Shown here one piece after another: positions 60,514 to 64,000 of a DNA stretch of 64,000 nt (positions within the stretch are counted from its first letter, which is position 1; every line of letters starts with the position of its first letter). Origin of the DNA: Acidobacteriota bacterium (GTDB lineage: Bacteria; Acidobacteriota; UBA890; WLXD01); contig CAXWPL010000003.1 in NCBI GenBank assembly GCA_963666215.2, positions 352,001 through 416,000 on the forward strand, written 5' to 3'. The position numbers and the translations under genes were made by a program. The notes below the pieces were generated by a model. That model searched no databases. It saw only the letters and a list, made by a program, of their open reading frames with translations, and was not told the DNA's origin.

Positions 60514-61059
60514 ATGAAGCGCTTGTTCTGTTTGGTTCTGATGGTGTCTCTGCTCCCCGCTTGCAACACGGGATCACCCAGCAACGGCTCCAACGGGGTG
60601 TTCAGCGTCGCGCTCGGCGACGTGGTCTCGGAGCTGCGCAGCGTGATCCAAAGCGGCAAGGTCCGGTCGCTCGGCCCGTGGAAGCGCACGTTCGAGGAGC
60701 TCACCAGTGGTACGTACTTGGTCGGCGTCGCGATCATCGGGGTGAAGGCGGATGGTACGCCCAGGAAGGCCGTCAACCAGATCCGGCTCAACGCGAACGG
60801 AAAGCGCAGCATCGGTCGTTACCAGGCCGACATCGGCGCCGCGGTCGCGTGCGTGAACGTGTCGATTCCGCCTGCCGGCAAGGACCTCAATGTGACCGTG
60901 GTGGCACTCGGCGGGCCCAATCTCCCGCCCGGTACTTTCTTCGGGCACGTGGCGACGGCTGCCAGTGTTACCGGCTTGGGAGTCACCCCGAACGATTGCA
61001 AGAACGTCCTCGGCGCCACACTTGCAACCGGTGTCGAGAGGATGTTGCGGTCCGAATAG
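60514..61059 (+). CDS. Hypothetical lipoprotein
   Basis: GGAGG RBS, MKR + hydrophobic stretch + LPAC lipobox. Confidence 0.7.
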   Translation: MKRLFCLVLMVSLLPACNTGSPSNGSNGVFSVALGDVVSELRSVIQSGKVRSLGPWKRTFEELTSGTYLVGVAIIGVKADGTPRKAVNQIRLNANGKRSIGRYQADIGAAVACVNVSIPPAGKDLNVTVVALGGPNLPPGTFFGHVATAASVTGLGVTPNDCKNVLGATLATGVERMLRSE

Positions 61060-61166
61060 CCGCGTCGGCAGCACCCATCGCGACACCCGCGGAGCGGAGG
61101 GTGACTCGACAAGCGCACGAGCACCACTGCGCACTCGATGCCGCGTGGCACGGTGGAGTCACCCGA

Positions 61167-61871
61167 TCAACGCTCCGAGGACGACTCGAGCTCAATCGAT
61201 TGAACGTCCAGCGATGCGGTGTGCGTGCCCTGAGCCCACGACTCCTCGTGGAACGGAAACAACACGCCGGAAACGTCGCGGAAATCGGAGTAGTCGGTGG
61301 CGAACTGCAGCTGCATCTCGCCGGCCGAGACGAGCGATTCGGTACGTACGATGCGATGCGTCTCGGGCTCGATCGAGATCCGTAGCGAGACGCCCGCGGG
61401 CGACACCAGGCCGACCACGATGCGCTCGGGCTCTCTCGAGAGAACCTCGACGGAGTCGCGAGCCCCCGCCAACAACCACGGCAAGTTGGCGCGCATCGCC
61501 TGTCCGATCATCGACGTCAGCATCGGTCCTTCGGCCGCGCGTAGGTCTTCCTCCGAAGAGCCGCGCCAACCCTCCCCTGCAACCAGCCGCCGGATCTCTG
61601 CGCGATCGGGGTAGCTGATGCGCACCTCGAGCGTATCGGCTCCAGACGACACCCTCACAACCGTCGCGTCCTCACCTCTGCTGGTGCGCATGGTCGCGTC
61701 ATAGCGATACCCGGCAATAGCGCGCAGCCGCTGGACGCCTCCATACGCGCCGAGCACAGCGTCAACAACCTGGCCGGCCTCCTGCGCCCCCACGGACACA
61801 CTCGAGGCGCTCGCTACGACAGCCGCGAGAACGATCCCCGCCCGTATCCGCACGCACACCTCCGACGTCAA
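61167..61871 (-). CDS. Exported hypothetical protein (possible LolA/LolB-like beta fold)
   Basis: Signal peptide VGA|QE, AYGG..L, YSDFRDVSGVLFPF. Confidence 0.6.
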   Translation of the reverse strand: MTSEVCVRIRAGIVLAAVVASASSVSVGAQEAGQVVDAVLGAYGGVQRLRAIAGYRYDATMRTSRGEDATVVRVSSGADTLEVRISYPDRAEIRRLVAGEGWRGSSEEDLRAAEGPMLTSMIGQAMRANLPWLLAGARDSVEVLSREPERIVVGLVSPAGVSLRISIEPETHRIVRTESLVSAGEMQLQFATDYSDFRDVSGVLFPFHEESWAQGTHTASLDVQSIELESSSER

Positions 61872-61970
61872 GAAGTTCTGGGAGCACTGCCGCGATTCTA
61901 GCCCGCCCCCCGCGCTCCACCGAGCACTCGATCGAAACGTGCAATCGGACTCGCAACGGATCCGAGCCAG

Positions 61971-63789
61971 CTACTGCAGATACCCCAACGCTCGCAACTG
62001 CTCGAGAAGCTCGCTGCTCGGGGCCGGCCGCGCACCCGCGGGGTCGAGACGCGCAGCGGCGAGCCGATCGGTCCAATCGGCCAGCAGACGCGAAAGCGCG
62101 GTAACGCGTTCGTTGGCCGTACCCAGTTCGTCGAACAGATCGCGCAGCTCACGAGGGTCAGAAGCGAGGTTGTGCATGCGATAGCTCTCCGCGCGGCGAT
62201 CGTGAACGAGCTTCCAGTCGTCCCATCGGATCGCTGCGAGGTTGCGACCATCGAGAGCCAACTCAGCCAGCAGGGCCCGCGCAGGGGGCGGCGCGCTTCC
62301 GTCGCCGGCTCCGAAGACCTCACTGAGGTCTTCGCCGTTACCGAAGTCGACCGCCACTTTCGCCAACGACAGCAGCGTGGAGCCAACGTCGACAAGGGAA
62401 GCCGGACGGGTCACATCCCCCCGCGCCGGTACCACTCCGGGACCCCACACCACGAGCGGGACGCGCAGCTCTTCCTCGAAGAGCGTGCGGCCGTGGCCGA
62501 AGCGATCGTGCTCGGCGAACTGCTCGCCGTGGTCGGAGGTGACGACAACGATCGTGTTGTCCAGGGCGCCGCGCGCGCAGCGCCTCCAGGAAGCGCGCCA
62601 ACTCGCGGTCTGCGTACGCCAGCTCACCGCGGTAAAGAGTGCGCAGGTCGGCGATCGTGCGCTCGTCGGCACCTTCGCCGTCGAGTCCGCCGAGCACCTC
62701 GGGCGTTGCAGCGCCGGCGGGACGTTCGCCCGGCAGTAGCCACTCCGAAGGGTCGTATGGGGCATGCGGCTCTACCGTATGGACGTACATCAGGAACGGT
62801 CGCGACCGATCCAGGCGCGACAGAGCGCCGAGGGCGAGCTCGTGAACCTGTTCGGCCCGGGCGGGGTGCGAGGAGGCGATCTCGCCGGCATCCTGGTTGT
62901 CGTCATCGCCTTCAGGACGGGCGCGATCGTACACCTCGAATCCCTGATCGAAGCCCCAATGGGCGGCGATGTTGGGGTTCGACACCACAGCCGCAGTGGC
63001 GTATCCGGCGGCGCGAAAACGCTCGGCGAGAGTCCATGCCGCTTCCGGCAGTACGTCGTCGCGCCCCTGTACTCCGTGGACGCTCGAGTAGAGCCCCGTC
63101 AGCAATGAGGCCATGGCCGCGCGGGTCCAAGTGGCCGCGGTCCAGGTGGTTGTAAACCGCACACCTTCCGCCGCCATACGCCGGAGCTGAACAGTGGCCG
63201 GAGCATCCTCGGGTCGATCGAGGACGTCGTTGCGCAGAGCGTCGATGACGTACAGCAGCACATTCGGGGCGCGTACGGGGGCCACGATGTGCCAGCTCGC
63301 TGGATCGCCGCCTCCGGCGTCGGATTGCCCCTCGACCTCGATCGCCAGCTCGCGCCAGCGGATTCTCGGCCGCGGACCCATCTGTACCGACACCGACAGC
63401 AGGAGCTCGCGGCCCGCCCAGGCGCCCAGATCTACGCGCTCGCGCAGCTCGGCGGTCAACTCGCGGTCGAGCAGCTGCTGTGCCCCCCCGTTCTCGTCGT
63501 GCGCCCAGACCGCCAGCCGTGATCCGGCGTCGCGGCCGCGCAGGCGCGCCTCGAGGTCGAGTACGAGCGCAGCGGAGTCAGGTGGTAGCCGCAGGGCCAC
63601 ATCCACGCGAGACCGGGTGGATTCGGCCTCTGTGTCTTTGCTGGCTCCCGTCACAGCGAGCAAATCGAGCCGCCGGGGATCGTTTGACTGATCGAACCAG
63701 GGGCTCGAGCAGGCGGTCGCCACGAGAACCAGCAGCACCAGCACAAGACGAGCTCCGCTCGGCTCGGGCGTCGCTCTGTCACGGCTCAC
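61971..63789 (-). pseudogene. Sulfatase-like lipoprotein, frameshifted in a (GC)n run near 62575
   Basis: ATAC, VIDALR.D and HTVEPH in one frame; TSDHGE and LRALGYLQ in another; adding 2 nt restores LRARGALDNT. Confidence 0.85.
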
Positions 63790-64000
63790 TGGATGTAGCC
63801 CAACGCGCGCAGGCGGCGGGTTTCCTCGGGCGTCAGCCGGATCTCAGCCGGCTGGCGAACGCTCTGCCGGCTGCGATCGAGCTCGGCCGCCCACTCGTCT
63901 GCAAGATCGCGAAATGTCGCCACGTCGTCAGGTCGATCGGCGCTGACGTCGAGGCGTTCGAGCGGGTCGTTGGTCAGATCGAAAAGACTGAAACCGCTGC
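63786..64000 (-). CDS. C-terminus of another sulfatase-like protein (runs off window)
   Basis: LFDLTNDPLE...TRRRLRALGYIQ*; GTGA overlap with the next gene. Confidence 0.75.
   Translation of the reverse strand, partial: SGFSLFDLTNDPLERLDVSADRPDDVATFRDLADEWAAELDRSRQSVRQPAEIRLTPEETRRLRALGYIQ

Overview
GC-rich bacterial chromosomal DNA whose gene content (ADOP-type ABC permease, carboxypeptidase-regulatory-domain TonB receptors, CRTAC1/ASPIC, many sulfatase-like and M14 peptidase genes, Hanks kinase-ATPase) suggests Acidobacteriota; this is inference. It carries intact housekeeping genes (lepA, rpiA, htpX, lemA, 2-oxoacid:ferredoxin oxidoreductase alpha/beta, UDG, AlkA, MscS, asparaginase) among many accessory hydrolase and transport genes. 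No rRNA, tRNA, CRISPR, integrase or transposase was found. Two things stand out. (1) One 997-aa ORF (24072-27065) joins a 7-TM inner-membrane domain, through an internal cleavable-looking signal peptide, to a complete heme-type TonB-dependent receptor. It is preceded by a hairpin overlapping its RBS and followed by a two-component system, so it is a candidate polyprotein heme uptake/sensing system. (2) About a dozen accessory genes are broken by internal deletions that keep both gene ends, or by short-repeat slippage, while core genes are untouched; this is either ongoing genome decay or assembly/amplification artefact. All calls come from motif recognition by eye; no searches were run.
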